From positions 2,338,146 through 2,402,145 of the forward strand of contig OZ244226.1 of the NCBI GenBank assembly GCA_965217035.1: a DNA stretch of 64,000 bases. The letters are read 5' to 3'. A model generated the notes under the pieces. That model was not told the DNA's origin. It saw only the letters and a list, made by a program, of their open reading frames with translations, and searched no databases. The stretch is from Bacteriovoracaceae bacterium (lineage in GTDB: Bacteria; Bdellovibrionota; Bacteriovoracia; Bacteriovoracales; Bacteriovoracaceae). Below, piece after piece: positions 41,337 through 50,752 of this stretch (position 1 is the stretch's first letter; each line of letters begins with the position of its first letter). Position numbers and translations under genes: made by a program.

Positions 41337-41687
41337 ATGAAAAGATATTTCGGAATAGGGTTCATGTTTGTACTTCTTGTGTCTTGTAGCAAAGAAGTTA
41401 ATGTTGGAATGAAAGCCAATCTTAGTCCTGATTACATAAAAGAAAATCGGGAAATATTAAAAGAAAACTCAGAGAAGATTGAAAGGTTGCTGGGAATGAA
41501 GAGGTTTCAAAAGAATATAGAATTTCAAAAGAGAGTAGAGAAAGCTCGCAAAACTCATATGGATGCAACTCATAAACTCAATGAGCTAGTTGAAAGTCAG
41601 AGTCTGGAAAATAAAAGAGAGTATGAGCAAGAGCTTGCAAATTATAGAACTATTTGGGACTATATTGTTCATAACTATTCAATATAA
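41337..41687 (+). CDS. Hypothetical lipoprotein
   Basis: LVSC lipobox; GGAG RBS. Confidence 0.72.
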   Translation: MKRYFGIGFMFVLLVSCSKEVNVGMKANLSPDYIKENREILKENSEKIERLLGMKRFQKNIEFQKRVEKARKTHMDATHKLNELVESQSLENKREYEQELANYRTIWDYIVHNYSI

Positions 41688-42088
41688 AAAATAATCTTTT
41701 ACCTAAGCTTAATTCGCAGAAAGGTAAAATAGTGAAAAATTTTATTTTTTATTGTCATCACTTAGCTTGAAAATGGAGTCCAAATCTACTGTCTTTAGCG
41801 CTGCGCATTTGTGTAGTGATTCGGGAAGTGAAGCCAGCAGGTCGATTGACGCGAAAAATCTTCTCTCCGTCCTGCTGCTTCTGGGTAGTAAATTGGGTAG
41901 TAAAACGAAATATTTTGGATGTAAGTTGAACGTATTTTCAATGTATTGGAAAAGCAAAAATGCTTTTAAAAACAAGATCTTCAGTTGCTAAATCTAAAGA
42001 GATTATTACCTAGAAAACTTAATGATTTTCATTACTTACTTCGCTAAAAAAACATTCAAAAATTTAATAAATCCAGAATCTAATTTGC

Positions 42089-42137
42089 TGGCTTCGAACC
42101 AATTGGTCGGGAGTTCGAATCTCTCACGCCGCGCCAG
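42089..42137 (+). repeat. att direct repeat, right copy (tRNA-Arg 3' fragment)
   Basis: TGGCTTCGAACCAATTGGTCGGGAGTTCGAATCTCTCACGCCGCGCCAG identical to 17139-17187. Confidence 0.95.
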
Positions 42138-42192
42138 TAAATATGAAGGCCCTTTTTTATGGTGCGGTTTAGAAATAGTTTCGATTCCGGTC

Positions 42193-42239
42193 CATTCCGG
42201 AGACATAGGTTACAGTTCATTCTCGAGATATAGGTAACA
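42193..42239 (+). repeat. Two 22-bp imperfect direct repeats, probable orphan IS end
   Basis: CATTCCGGAGACATAGGTTACA / CATTCTCGAGATATAGGTAACA, period 25. Confidence 0.6.
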
Positions 42240-42366
42240 CTTTTTTAGGTAATTACTTCCTGACGTCCTTGATGATATAGACGATTCCTCAATCGTTACT
42301 AATTTACACAGTGTCTAAGTTTTTGACAGTTAATCAGCAGGTACTCCAATAAAATCTCTTTCAACC

Positions 42367-42382
42367 TGGCATGCTACTTGCT
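42367..42382 (+). promoter_or_regulatory. Sigma54 (-24/-12) promoter
   Basis: TGGCATGCTACTTGCT (GG-N10-GC) ~35 bp upstream of ATG 42418. Confidence 0.7.
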
Positions 42383-42417
42383 TCTCAAGAGATTAAAATA
42401 ATTGTGAGAGAAAAAGC

Positions 42418-43437
42418 ATGAAAAATTTAATTTTAGTAACTGTTCTAATTTTTATTACAGCTTGTAACCAACAGGTTGTGAGAAGAAACTCAATGTCAAG
42501 CCAAATTGACAATAGCACTGGCATCTCAGAGGACATAACAGGAAATACAGTTGATAATACTGAAACAACATCAATTACAGAAAATACATCAGGGAGTACC
42601 AATAGTTCCTCTACTTCCAATACAACTACATTGCAGCTAGAAGTCGAGAATAGTTCAAGTAATATTGTGTCTACAGTGTCCTATATGGACACATACAAGG
42701 AAGCTGCAACGTATCCAATAGGTGGGCAAGCTGATCCACTTGATGACATACTCCCCAGAGTTGTTATAAGTAACGGAAATCCTCCTTATCACATCTCAAT
42801 AGTCAATAAAGACCAATATGCTACAGAAGGCTATGATTTAGGCAAAAGTAGAGAGATTAAGGTCATAGGTCTTGGAACTCTGCTTGATGTTGATAGGTCT
42901 GACAATGGTACAGTCTGGGAAGCAATTCAATTAGGAATTAGCTATAAGGACTATTTGTTTCAGTATGCATCTGATCAACTTTATCAATTTGACTCGTTTA
43001 AAATTGCTGCCTTTATAGAAGGAAATTATACAATTAGAGTTGAGGACTCTTCTGGACAAGTAAAAACGATTACTGTTAGATCCAGAGACACAAACGGAGA
43101 AATGGATAGTTATTGTTACTTCCAATATAAGAGAGCTAGCGCAAATAAATTTAAAAAATATATTAAGTTTCGCTCTGTGAATGGTAGAACTAGTGGTAGC
43201 AACACAACGTTTGGGTGTGCTACAGGAATGGCACTAGGTTGTATTCCCGGAGAAGTTATTTTTAAACGCCCAGTTAAAGTTGTAAAGCACTCGGCTTTAA
43301 AGTGTGAATTCAAAATTAGTGGACAAAGTCTTTCATCTGAATCAAGTACATCATCTCGTAGAGTTTCAATTGGAAGCAGTAGACGACCCAATTTTAAGAT
43401 GGGATATAACTTAAACTCCATCCCTAATGTTTACTAG
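42418..43437 (+). CDS. Hypothetical lipoprotein with Ser/Thr-rich linker
   Basis: ITAC lipobox, S/T/N-rich spacer, Cys-containing C-terminal domain. Confidence 0.78.
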   Translation: MKNLILVTVLIFITACNQQVVRRNSMSSQIDNSTGISEDITGNTVDNTETTSITENTSGSTNSSSTSNTTTLQLEVENSSSNIVSTVSYMDTYKEAATYPIGGQADPLDDILPRVVISNGNPPYHISIVNKDQYATEGYDLGKSREIKVIGLGTLLDVDRSDNGTVWEAIQLGISYKDYLFQYASDQLYQFDSFKIAAFIEGNYTIRVEDSSGQVKTITVRSRDTNGEMDSYCYFQYKRASANKFKKYIKFRSVNGRTSGSNTTFGCATGMALGCIPGEVIFKRPVKVVKHSALKCEFKISGQSLSSESSTSSRRVSIGSSRRPNFKMGYNLNSIPNVY

Positions 43438-43487
43438 AATCTAAAAGAACTTCTCTAAATAAAGATGTGAAAGAGATATTTGGTTCT

Positions 43488-43518
43488 AAATGAGCGTTTT
43501 ATTAAGACGCTCATTTTT
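43488..43518 (+). terminator. Rho-independent terminator
   Basis: AAATGAGCGT...ACGCTCATTT + T run. Confidence 0.8.
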
Positions 43519-43565
43519 GTTATTGGTACATATAAATAATTAACAAAAATCAAGAAAGATCTATT

Positions 43566-43745
43566 TGGAATAAAAAGTACGATATTACCCACGCAGGCTA
43601 TAAGATTACTTGCAAAATCTGCTATCGAGGTCACAAGTATTGCTCTCCTTCATGTAAATCAAAGAGGGGCGATGAAACCAGAAAACGCGCGAAAAAGAAG
43701 TACAAATCATCAATCGAAGCGAAACTAGATCTCCGCGATCGCTAA
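43566..43745 (+). pseudogene. Remnant of a small Cys-rich basic protein
   Basis: CKICYRGHKYCSPSCKSKRGDETRKRAKKKY..., no in-frame start. Confidence 0.45.
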
Positions 43746-44041
43746 AGAAATTACAGAAAAAGAAAAAATGATCTTACTCTTAAGAATAAAAAAAGTGTGA
43801 CGTATAAAACTTCCATCGAGCAGAGCTCTCATATAGATTTTTATCTACTGGGAAAAAGTAACAATTTCTCCATAAAGATCCCCTTAATTTATAAAATGTT
43901 CAAGAATTTTTTTTATCGAAATAGGTAATTTTTTCTTTAGTAAAAAACTCTCATGTAATTTTTCAGGGAAAATGTCATATCTTTATTTTTCAGGGAAAGC
44001 GTCCTAAATGAATCAATCAAGTAATTCTTAAGTTATTGATC

Positions 44042-44968
44042 TTACTTAAGGAGGACGATACTTGCCCACTCAAGATCGATCTCGATTAACTCAAAATTAC
44101 TCCAACTATGAGCCATAGTCTTTTTAAAGATTAACCTATCACAATCATTTGGATGAGATTGGATCAAATTATCTCTAAAGCATCTTTGAATAGAACCATG
44201 AGTGAAGAGTTGGTGCTCAAATTGATCGAGATAATCTGTATAGTCCTGGTTAAAAGTAAGTAATCGAAAATTAAATGGTTTAGGTTGGTAGCGTTTATAG
44301 AGTAGTAAAGTTTTTCCATTACTAAAAACAAGATCACCTTTAGCTGGCTCAAATTTTAAAGATTGACTAGTAATAACTTTCTTTTCACTTAAAAAAGCAT
44401 AAGGACTTCTAATAGTTCTCAACTCTGAATTGATGACAATTGCATTTGATTCAAATTTTAGCTCTCGATAAAGATCCACTTCAATATTAATCTCACTATA
44501 AGAGAACTCTCTAATATTTTCTAAATCACTAAGTACTGTGTACGCTTGATGATGAAAAGCTTCAAAATTTTTAGAAGCATGATTCCAAAATGTTTCGAAC
44601 TCTAAACCTTTGAGTGAATCAATGCTTTGAGTCGCTTTAAACTGTTTGTTTTTATGCTCGATAACATATTCAAGATCTGAGCACTTGGTCTTACTTGCAA
44701 TTGTTTTTGTGACTTTTAGATTGAGCTCAAAGCACTTATTATCACTTTGATAATTTCTAAAAATCGCGTTTTTTCTTTTATAAAAATGGGAAGTTGCTTT
44801 ACCAACTTTTTCAATCTTAATTTTTCTAAGACCCAGGGGGCCTTTTAGGTAAAGAGGATTAGATTTTAATTGCTCTCTAAGTTCTTTGTTTTTCTGCAAT
44901 GACCATACAAGCTCTCCAGAATAAGCTGTTGTTACGCTCAAAAGCATCGTTATCATTAAGTATTTCAT
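44042..44968 (-). CDS. Hypothetical exported protein
   Basis: 312-aa ORF; MKYLMITMLLSVTTAYS signal peptide after GGAGAAGG. Confidence 0.72.
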   Translation of the reverse strand: MKYLMITMLLSVTTAYSGELVWSLQKNKELREQLKSNPLYLKGPLGLRKIKIEKVGKATSHFYKRKNAIFRNYQSDNKCFELNLKVTKTIASKTKCSDLEYVIEHKNKQFKATQSIDSLKGLEFETFWNHASKNFEAFHHQAYTVLSDLENIREFSYSEINIEVDLYRELKFESNAIVINSELRTIRSPYAFLSEKKVITSQSLKFEPAKGDLVFSNGKTLLLYKRYQPKPFNFRLLTFNQDYTDYLDQFEHQLFTHGSIQRCFRDNLIQSHPNDCDRLIFKKTMAHSWSNFELIEIDLEWASIVLLK

Positions 44969-45625
44969 ACCTTCTCCCATAGTCTTTTACTTATCGAATC
45001 GCCTCAAGATCAACAAATTCAATAAATCGATGATCCTGAGTTCTTTAAGTTATATTCAGGTCTTATTCAGCTTATTCTTCTTAGGTAACACATGGTATAG
45101 ATTGGCCGTAGAGTTTGGAACTGAGGTTTTTGATCACAAGTGCGAGGACACTCGAATTATTGATGAGTTTTTTGATAATCAAATTTAACGCATAGAGAGA
45201 AAGGAGGTCTTTATTGAGCTATGTTCAGAAACTCGATAGTTTTCTGAGCAAAAATAAGCGAACGGTTTGGGATTATTTATAATCTCGTCTTATTTTTTTA
45301 CGAGGAGAAATTATTGAAAATTGCACCAACAGAAGAATATAAAAAAGAGTTAAACTAAAAGTTAAAGAGGTTAATTCTTTTATTTTACTTTTTGAAAATT
45401 CAGAGATATTCGAAGTGATTTTTTTCTTAAAAAATACTAGTAGCTGAAATCGACATTTAAGAAAACTTAATACATACAAAGCAGTAAGCATTAATCTAAG
45501 AATCTAGAGAGTGATGTTAGTAATAAGTAAGATACTAAGTTTTTATATTAGGTAATACTTTACTTGAGTGAATTATTAAAGTTTAATGAAAAGTCTATAC
45601 TGTTTTATAATAAGAGATCTGAACA

Positions 45626-47035
45626 ATGAAAAAAATAAATTTTTTTAAACAAGTTGAACTCAACTTTGATGAAGCAACTAAATATTTAAAAATTCAAAAA
45701 GATATTTTGGATCAGATTAAGCAAAATAATGTGATACTTCATATGACTTTCCCGATAAAAAAGGATAATGGGGAAGTTGAAATTATCGAAGCTTGGAGAG
45801 CGCAACACTCTCACCACCGGACACCTTGCAAGGGAGGAATACGTTTTGCAACTATTGCCAATGAAGATGAAGTAAAAGCTCTTGCGGCATTAATGAGCTA
45901 CAAATGTGCTGTTGTCGATGTTCCATTTGGAGGTGGTAAGGGAGCAGTAAAAATTGACCCTAAGAAATATTCCAAAAACGAACTAGAAAGAATAGTTAGA
46001 AGACTTACTTTTGAGCTCCATAATAAAAACTCTATTGGGCCAGGTCTGGATGTACCTGCCCCTGATTATGGTTCTGGTCCTCAAGAAATGGCATGGATTG
46101 CAGACACCTACAAATCATTAACAGGTGACCTTAATGCAAGAGGCTGTGTGACTGGTAAACCTGTTACTCAAGGAGGAATACGTGGCAGATCAGAAGCAAC
46201 AGGGCTAGGAGTTGCTTTTGGTATAAGAGAACTTTTTGAGAATGAAAGCTTTTTAAATCAATACCAGTTAACTAAAGGGTTAAGAGGTAAGTCTGTTGCT
46301 GTTCAAGGTTTTGGAAATGTTGGTTTTCACAGTTGCCAAAGTTTAAGTGATATGGGAGCAAAAATTGTTTGTTTATCAGAGTTTGAGGGCACAATTCAAA
46401 ATCTTGAAGGACTTGATATACAAGCTTTGCATGATTATAGAAAAAAGCAAGGTACATTTGAAGGTTTTCCTGGAGGGGAGTTTAACGAAAACAGAGATAA
46501 GGTTTTATCATTTCCTTGCGATATTCTAATTCCTGCAGCCTTAGAATCTCAGATAACAGAAGAGAATTGGAAAAATGTAAATGCAAAAGTCATTGCGGAA
46601 GCTGCGAATGGACCTGTTACTTTTACGGCCAGTCAAAAATTATTTGAAAGTGGCGTTATCATTATTCCAGATATTTACCTAAATGCTGGGGGTGTGATCG
46701 TTTCTTATTTTGAATGGGTAAAGAATCTTTCTCAGATTCGGTTCGGACGGATTGAAAATCGTTATGATAAAAAGAATTTTAGAAGTATTATAGATCTTGT
46801 CTCTAAATCTACAGATCTTCAGATTAACGAGCAAGTAATACAAAAAGCTATTCACGAAGGAGATGAAAGAAATCTTGTTATCTCAGGGCTTGAAGAAACT
46901 ATGGTGAGAAGTTTTGAGCAATTAGGAGAAGTTTGTGAGAAGCATGATTTTCAAATTGATCTGAGAACAGCTGCGTTTATGAATGCGATTGCTAAAATAG
47001 CTTTATCTTATGAAGAGAATGGTATTTTCCCTTAG
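45626..47035 (+). CDS. gdhA: Glu/Leu/Phe/Val dehydrogenase (glutamate dehydrogenase)
   Basis: PCKGGIRF, VPFGGGKG, DVPAPD, GRSEATG, QGFGNVG, EAANGP, NAGGVIVSYFEW. Confidence 0.95.
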   Translation: MKKINFFKQVELNFDEATKYLKIQKDILDQIKQNNVILHMTFPIKKDNGEVEIIEAWRAQHSHHRTPCKGGIRFATIANEDEVKALAALMSYKCAVVDVPFGGGKGAVKIDPKKYSKNELERIVRRLTFELHNKNSIGPGLDVPAPDYGSGPQEMAWIADTYKSLTGDLNARGCVTGKPVTQGGIRGRSEATGLGVAFGIRELFENESFLNQYQLTKGLRGKSVAVQGFGNVGFHSCQSLSDMGAKIVCLSEFEGTIQNLEGLDIQALHDYRKKQGTFEGFPGGEFNENRDKVLSFPCDILIPAALESQITEENWKNVNAKVIAEAANGPVTFTASQKLFESGVIIIPDIYLNAGGVIVSYFEWVKNLSQIRFGRIENRYDKKNFRSIIDLVSKSTDLQINEQVIQKAIHEGDERNLVISGLEETMVRSFEQLGEVCEKHDFQIDLRTAAFMNAIAKIALSYEENGIFP

Positions 47036-47619
47036 GTTTTAAAGTAAGGAAGATCAATTTTCTTAAGAGATTTCTTCGGATTTTTACGATAAGTTTTCTG
47101 ACAACTAGATAGATCTCAGCTGCTAGTGTTTTTTGAGAAAAGAAAAAAATCTCTACTTTTGCCTTACTGATGCTGATACTTTGAGGACAAAATACAAGCT
47201 TTGTTTCTTCTGAAACCGCGGCCGGTATATACCAAATAAAAGTCTGCCGTGATTAATGAAGGAATAGATGTCGATTCGAACATGTTTAAAATCATCGAGT
47301 CATTAATTCTGAGCCTAGACTTTTCATTTATAGGATACATATCATTCCAGGAGATTTCTTTCGTAACCTCAGGAGAGTATTCACCTTTTCTCAGTGAAAG
47401 GTAGGAGCGTTTAAAGCCTTTTCGATTCGTTGAAAAAAAGCTCCCATTTGCCCTTTAAATTATTATCACAAAATTGAAGCCAAACATTTTTAATATCTTT
47501 ATGCTCGAAAGACAGAAGCTCTTTTATGAACGTTACTTCGGTGAGATTTTAGTTTTTTCGCAAGCTCATGATAAGAAGGGAGATTATGAGGAAGGGCGAT
47601 TAAGCCCTTCCTGGTTTCC

Positions 47620-47925
47620 TCATGCGCTATGTTTGAGATACTCGGGATGTTTTATTGGACCTCGTTCCCACTGAGTTTTTACTCGGTGGATTTGTTTAAC
47701 GATGGCCTGGTGGGCCTTTTCCAAACTTCTTTTTGGGCAGGAGTCATACTTTAGAGCGACTAATTCTCTTTTGGGTGGGACAGAGACACTTATAAGTGAT
47801 TCATAAGCTTTTCCTGTACTTCGTCTCAGTCTCACATTGACTTTTTTAGCATGAGGAAAAATTCGTTTGATATAATTTTTTGCTTTGTTAATTTCTTTAG
47901 CTTTATGGATATGTTTTCTTTGCAT
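47620..47925 (-). CDS. HPF/RaiA-like (ribosome-associated) protein
   Basis: beta-alpha-beta-beta-beta-alpha pattern ending 'SLEKAHQAIVKQIHRVK'; GGAGG RBS. Confidence 0.55.
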   Translation of the reverse strand: MQRKHIHKAKEINKAKNYIKRIFPHAKKVNVRLRRSTGKAYESLISVSVPPKRELVALKYDSCPKRSLEKAHQAIVKQIHRVKTQWERGPIKHPEYLKHSA

Positions 47926-47935
47926 AATACCTCCA

Positions 47936-48349
47936 TTATGAAGCAAAACTAAATGACGGTTCGAGAATCTCTGAACCTTCATAACCCTTGGGCACGTTGA
48001 TTGAAAATTCATCATCCCATAATCCCCCATTTTGTGGCACTCTAACTTGGACGGATGGGGAACTAGGTTCCGTTAACTCTTTTATTCTTTTGAGCTTGAT
48101 GAATTTATCATCATGCTTGTTACTTGAAACAATTCCTATAGCTTGGACTCTTTTATTTAGAAGTCGCTGCAATCGACCCTTGTAGCGGTATTCTTTGATA
48201 ATAAAATCTTCTCCCTCATCAGAGTAAATAGAAAACCTTATTGCTCTACCTTTTCTATCCCAAGTTATTGGAATGAGTGTTCCAACAACAGTTTGTTTTT
48301 TGTTTTTAGAAGTTGCTGGCGTAAAAGTGTCATTCCAAAATTTTTTCAT
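47936..48349 (-). CDS. Hypothetical protein (possible OB-like fold)
   Basis: GTLIPITWD..G...FSIYSDEGE..., AGGAGG RBS, ATGA coupling. Confidence 0.7.
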   Translation of the reverse strand: MKKFWNDTFTPATSKNKKQTVVGTLIPITWDRKGRAIRFSIYSDEGEDFIIKEYRYKGRLQRLLNKRVQAIGIVSSNKHDDKFIKLKRIKELTEPSSPSVQVRVPQNGGLWDDEFSINVPKGYEGSEILEPSFSFAS

Positions 48350-48732
48350 ACGGCATAACCTCCTGTTAAACGTTGATTCTGAACTTCGACTACAGGTTCA
48401 GCGAATTCTTTTGAAAAGCGATTTTTCTTCCATTGAATAAGTTGCTGATCGATTTCTGATTCAAGTTTTAGGTATATCTCCCAAGGATCTTTACCTTGAA
48501 TAGTGGAGTAAAACTTTTTACCAGCAGAGCAAATATCTAGATTGCCTTGTATATACGAACCGATATTGGTAAAGTTCAAATTAATGGTAGAGTAGGCTGG
48601 AGCGCGTGCTTCCAACCTTTGTAACTTGTCTCTAATTTTAACTAAGTTTTGATTTTGTAACTTGATCCCAACTTCATTAATCGAGAAGTTTTCAAAGAAG
48701 TAGGGACTAAGATACTCTGAAATAGTTTTCAT
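48346..48732 (-). CDS. Hypothetical protein, distant HPF/RaiA-like
   Basis: 'LEARAP..S...L.F.......G.L.I.S....F.S...G.DP......LE.EI.QQL.QWKKNRF'; AGGAGG RBS. Confidence 0.6.
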   Translation of the reverse strand: MKTISEYLSPYFFENFSINEVGIKLQNQNLVKIRDKLQRLEARAPAYSTINLNFTNIGSYIQGNLDICSAGKKFYSTIQGKDPWEIYLKLESEIDQQLIQWKKNRFSKEFAEPVVEVQNQRLTGGYAV

Positions 48733-49074
48733 AGAACCTCCTTGCTTCAAGATTAGTATGCGAATCCCTGGTTATAGGAACAGCATAGTTCACTAATAAG
48801 CCTTGAAACTTGAGGTTATTGAAAAGAAGCTTGATATCCAAAAGCTCTTCTTTGATCAACAACATAAGCTTCAAAGCTAAATCATTGAAAAAAGATGTTT
48901 TTTCCATCATCACATAAAAGATATTACCAGAAAAAAAAGTGTCAAGAGAAGAGAGTGAAAAAAAATTGAAGAATTTTTGACGAAGGGTTGACAAAAATTT
49001 TGATGCACCCAGCGTAAAAATAATAAGAGCAGCCGATAGAAGCTGTTAAATTTGAGTTTTTCAAGGAGGTATTG

Positions 49075-49362
49075 ATGAAAAAAAGCATGTATGAACTTTT
49101 GTTTCTTGTTATCGCTACCTTTATATTTTCGGGGGAGCTGATAGCGAGCGAAGGACAAGATTTATGGGGAGTGAAAAGTTCTGATAGGAGCTTAAGTTCT
49201 TTTTTTGATAATCTATGTAAATCTTCAGAAACTCTGTACCCATTAAAAATGTCATTAAACGAGACTTGCCATCAGAAAATTAGTAATCAACTTGGCTATG
49301 AGATTAATAATTTTCTCGTAGATTTTAATGAGAAAGATAGTTCAATTCAAAAAACTAACTAA
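49075..49362 (+). CDS. Small exported hypothetical protein
   Basis: AAGGAGG RBS, signal peptide, two Cys. Confidence 0.65.
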   Translation: MKKSMYELLFLVIATFIFSGELIASEGQDLWGVKSSDRSLSSFFDNLCKSSETLYPLKMSLNETCHQKISNQLGYEINNFLVDFNEKDSSIQKTN

Positions 49363-49373
49363 AACAAGGAGAA

Positions 49374-49868
49374 ATGAAAATGATGAGAACAACTTTTTTA
49401 CCATTAGATGAATTCAGAATTCGCCCTGCTTTTTGGGGAGTTGAAAGAGATCTAAGACAAGTGATGGACAGTATTGATAGTATTTGGGAAGGAACCGAAC
49501 GAACTTTTACTGACTTTGAAGAGACAGATCAAGCTTATTTGATGAGCATTGATATTCCTGGAGTGAGTAAAGATGACCTTGAAATTGATATGGAGAATGA
49601 AAGACTTGTTATTACAGGAGTCAGAAAAAGAGCATTTTCTGATAAAACAACGACAGATAAAGTCTCGAAAGTTGTAAATATTCCAAAACTTGTAGATAAA
49701 GAAAAAATCCAGGCCCATCATGAAAATGGAGTGCTTTATCTTGCACTTCCTAAAATGGAAGAAGCCAAGCCTAGAAAAATTAAAATAGTCGACGGTAACA
49801 AAGAGTCTTCGTGGAAAAACCTCTTGGGTTTTAAGAAAAAAGAAGAAGGTAAATCTACAGTTGCATAA
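49374..49868 (+). CDS. Hsp20/alpha-crystallin small heat shock protein
   Basis: DIPGVSKDDLEI, A.HENGVLYLALPK.EEAKPRKIKI. Confidence 0.92.
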   Translation: MKMMRTTFLPLDEFRIRPAFWGVERDLRQVMDSIDSIWEGTERTFTDFEETDQAYLMSIDIPGVSKDDLEIDMENERLVITGVRKRAFSDKTTTDKVSKVVNIPKLVDKEKIQAHHENGVLYLALPKMEEAKPRKIKIVDGNKESSWKNLLGFKKKEEGKSTVA

Positions 49869-49894
49869 AGCATCTTGAAAACGAGGTTTTAGAG

Positions 49895-50518
49895 ATGAGT
49901 CAAACTTTGAAATCTATTGGAATAGTTTTTTTAGGTGTCGCCCTTGGTGTGGGCGGCACTTATCTTTTTAATAATTATAGTTTTGTTGAAAAGAGTGATA
50001 AGAAAATTATAAGTAAAAATGATCTTTTTTCTACTCCAGATCGAAGCAATTTTGATCATTTTTTTGATAAAAATTTTGACCAAGATTTTTTCGGAGAAAG
50101 CTCTTCACCATTTAAGCAGATGGAGAAGATGAGAGAGAACATGCAGCGACTGTTTGAAGATAATTTCAATGATTCTTTTGATAATAAGTACTTTGATAAT
50201 TGGTTTGATGGACGTTTTGGAGGTTCTGTTTCTGATATTGGAGAATCTGAAGACGATGAGTACATCTATTATAGGATTGAACTAGAGGGGATCGATAAAA
50301 ATAATTTTAAAATCGATGTTACAGACGGTCAGCTAAATATCTCTGGGGTTATAGATAAACTGAGTGAAGATAGCTCTAATGGAAGTTTTTCAAAAAGCCG
50401 ACTAAGAAAGAGCTTTAATAGAAGTTTTCCAGTTCCCTCAGGGGTTGATGCTGATAAAGTTGAGTTTGAAACTAAAGAAAATGAGTTAATTGTAAAGTTT
50501 CCGAAAACTGTAAGTTAA
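49895..50518 (+). CDS. Hsp20 family protein with N-terminal membrane anchor/signal
   Basis: N-terminal TM; C-terminal alpha-crystallin domain (FNRSFPVPSGVDADKV...LIVKFPK). Confidence 0.82.
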   Translation: MSQTLKSIGIVFLGVALGVGGTYLFNNYSFVEKSDKKIISKNDLFSTPDRSNFDHFFDKNFDQDFFGESSSPFKQMEKMRENMQRLFEDNFNDSFDNKYFDNWFDGRFGGSVSDIGESEDDEYIYYRIELEGIDKNNFKIDVTDGQLNISGVIDKLSEDSSNGSFSKSRLRKSFNRSFPVPSGVDADKVEFETKENELIVKFPKTVS

Positions 50519-50752
50519 AAATGTGGAAAACTGTGATTTGGTATTGAAACTGAATAAAAATTAGATATATATTTAAGGAGAAAGTTGTAGTAAATTTTTT
50601 TACATTACAAATTCGAATTTTACTTTTTATTGTATCGCAATCGAGAGTCTAAATCCCTTTTTGTCGTGTTTAACTCTTGATGACCGATCGTGAGAGATTA
50701 GATATGGCAGAAACTCAGTTTTACATTTTATCCAAATATACATTTAAGGAAG

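Larger units (their letters stand above)
17139..42137. mobile_element. ~25 kb genomic island integrated at tRNA-Arg(TCG); general-stress cargo, no intact integrase
   Basis: Flanking 49-bp direct repeats of the tRNA 3' part; IS relics and pseudogenes inside. Confidence 0.88.

Noticed and set aside
41742..41991. Two short overlapping ORFs near the right att as a possible integrase
   Set aside because: No R-H-R-Y tyrosine recombinase or serine recombinase motifs; too short; could at most be an unrecognisable remnant.
42089..42136. Second tRNA-Arg gene
   Set aside because: Lacks the 5' acceptor strand and D-arm; it is the att duplication.
42022..42237. 71-aa ORF spanning the att repeat (and 16916-17152 antisense to the tRNA)
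   Set aside because: They simply read through tRNA-derived sequence; spurious.
47030..47460. Partly open minus-strand frame after gdhA
   Set aside because: Multiple stops and no recognisable family; cannot support a call.
48750..49072. CIRCE or sigma32 heat-shock elements upstream of the Hsp20 genes
   Set aside because: No TTAGCACTC-N9-GAGTGCTAA and no convincing sigma32 -35/-10 pair found by eye.
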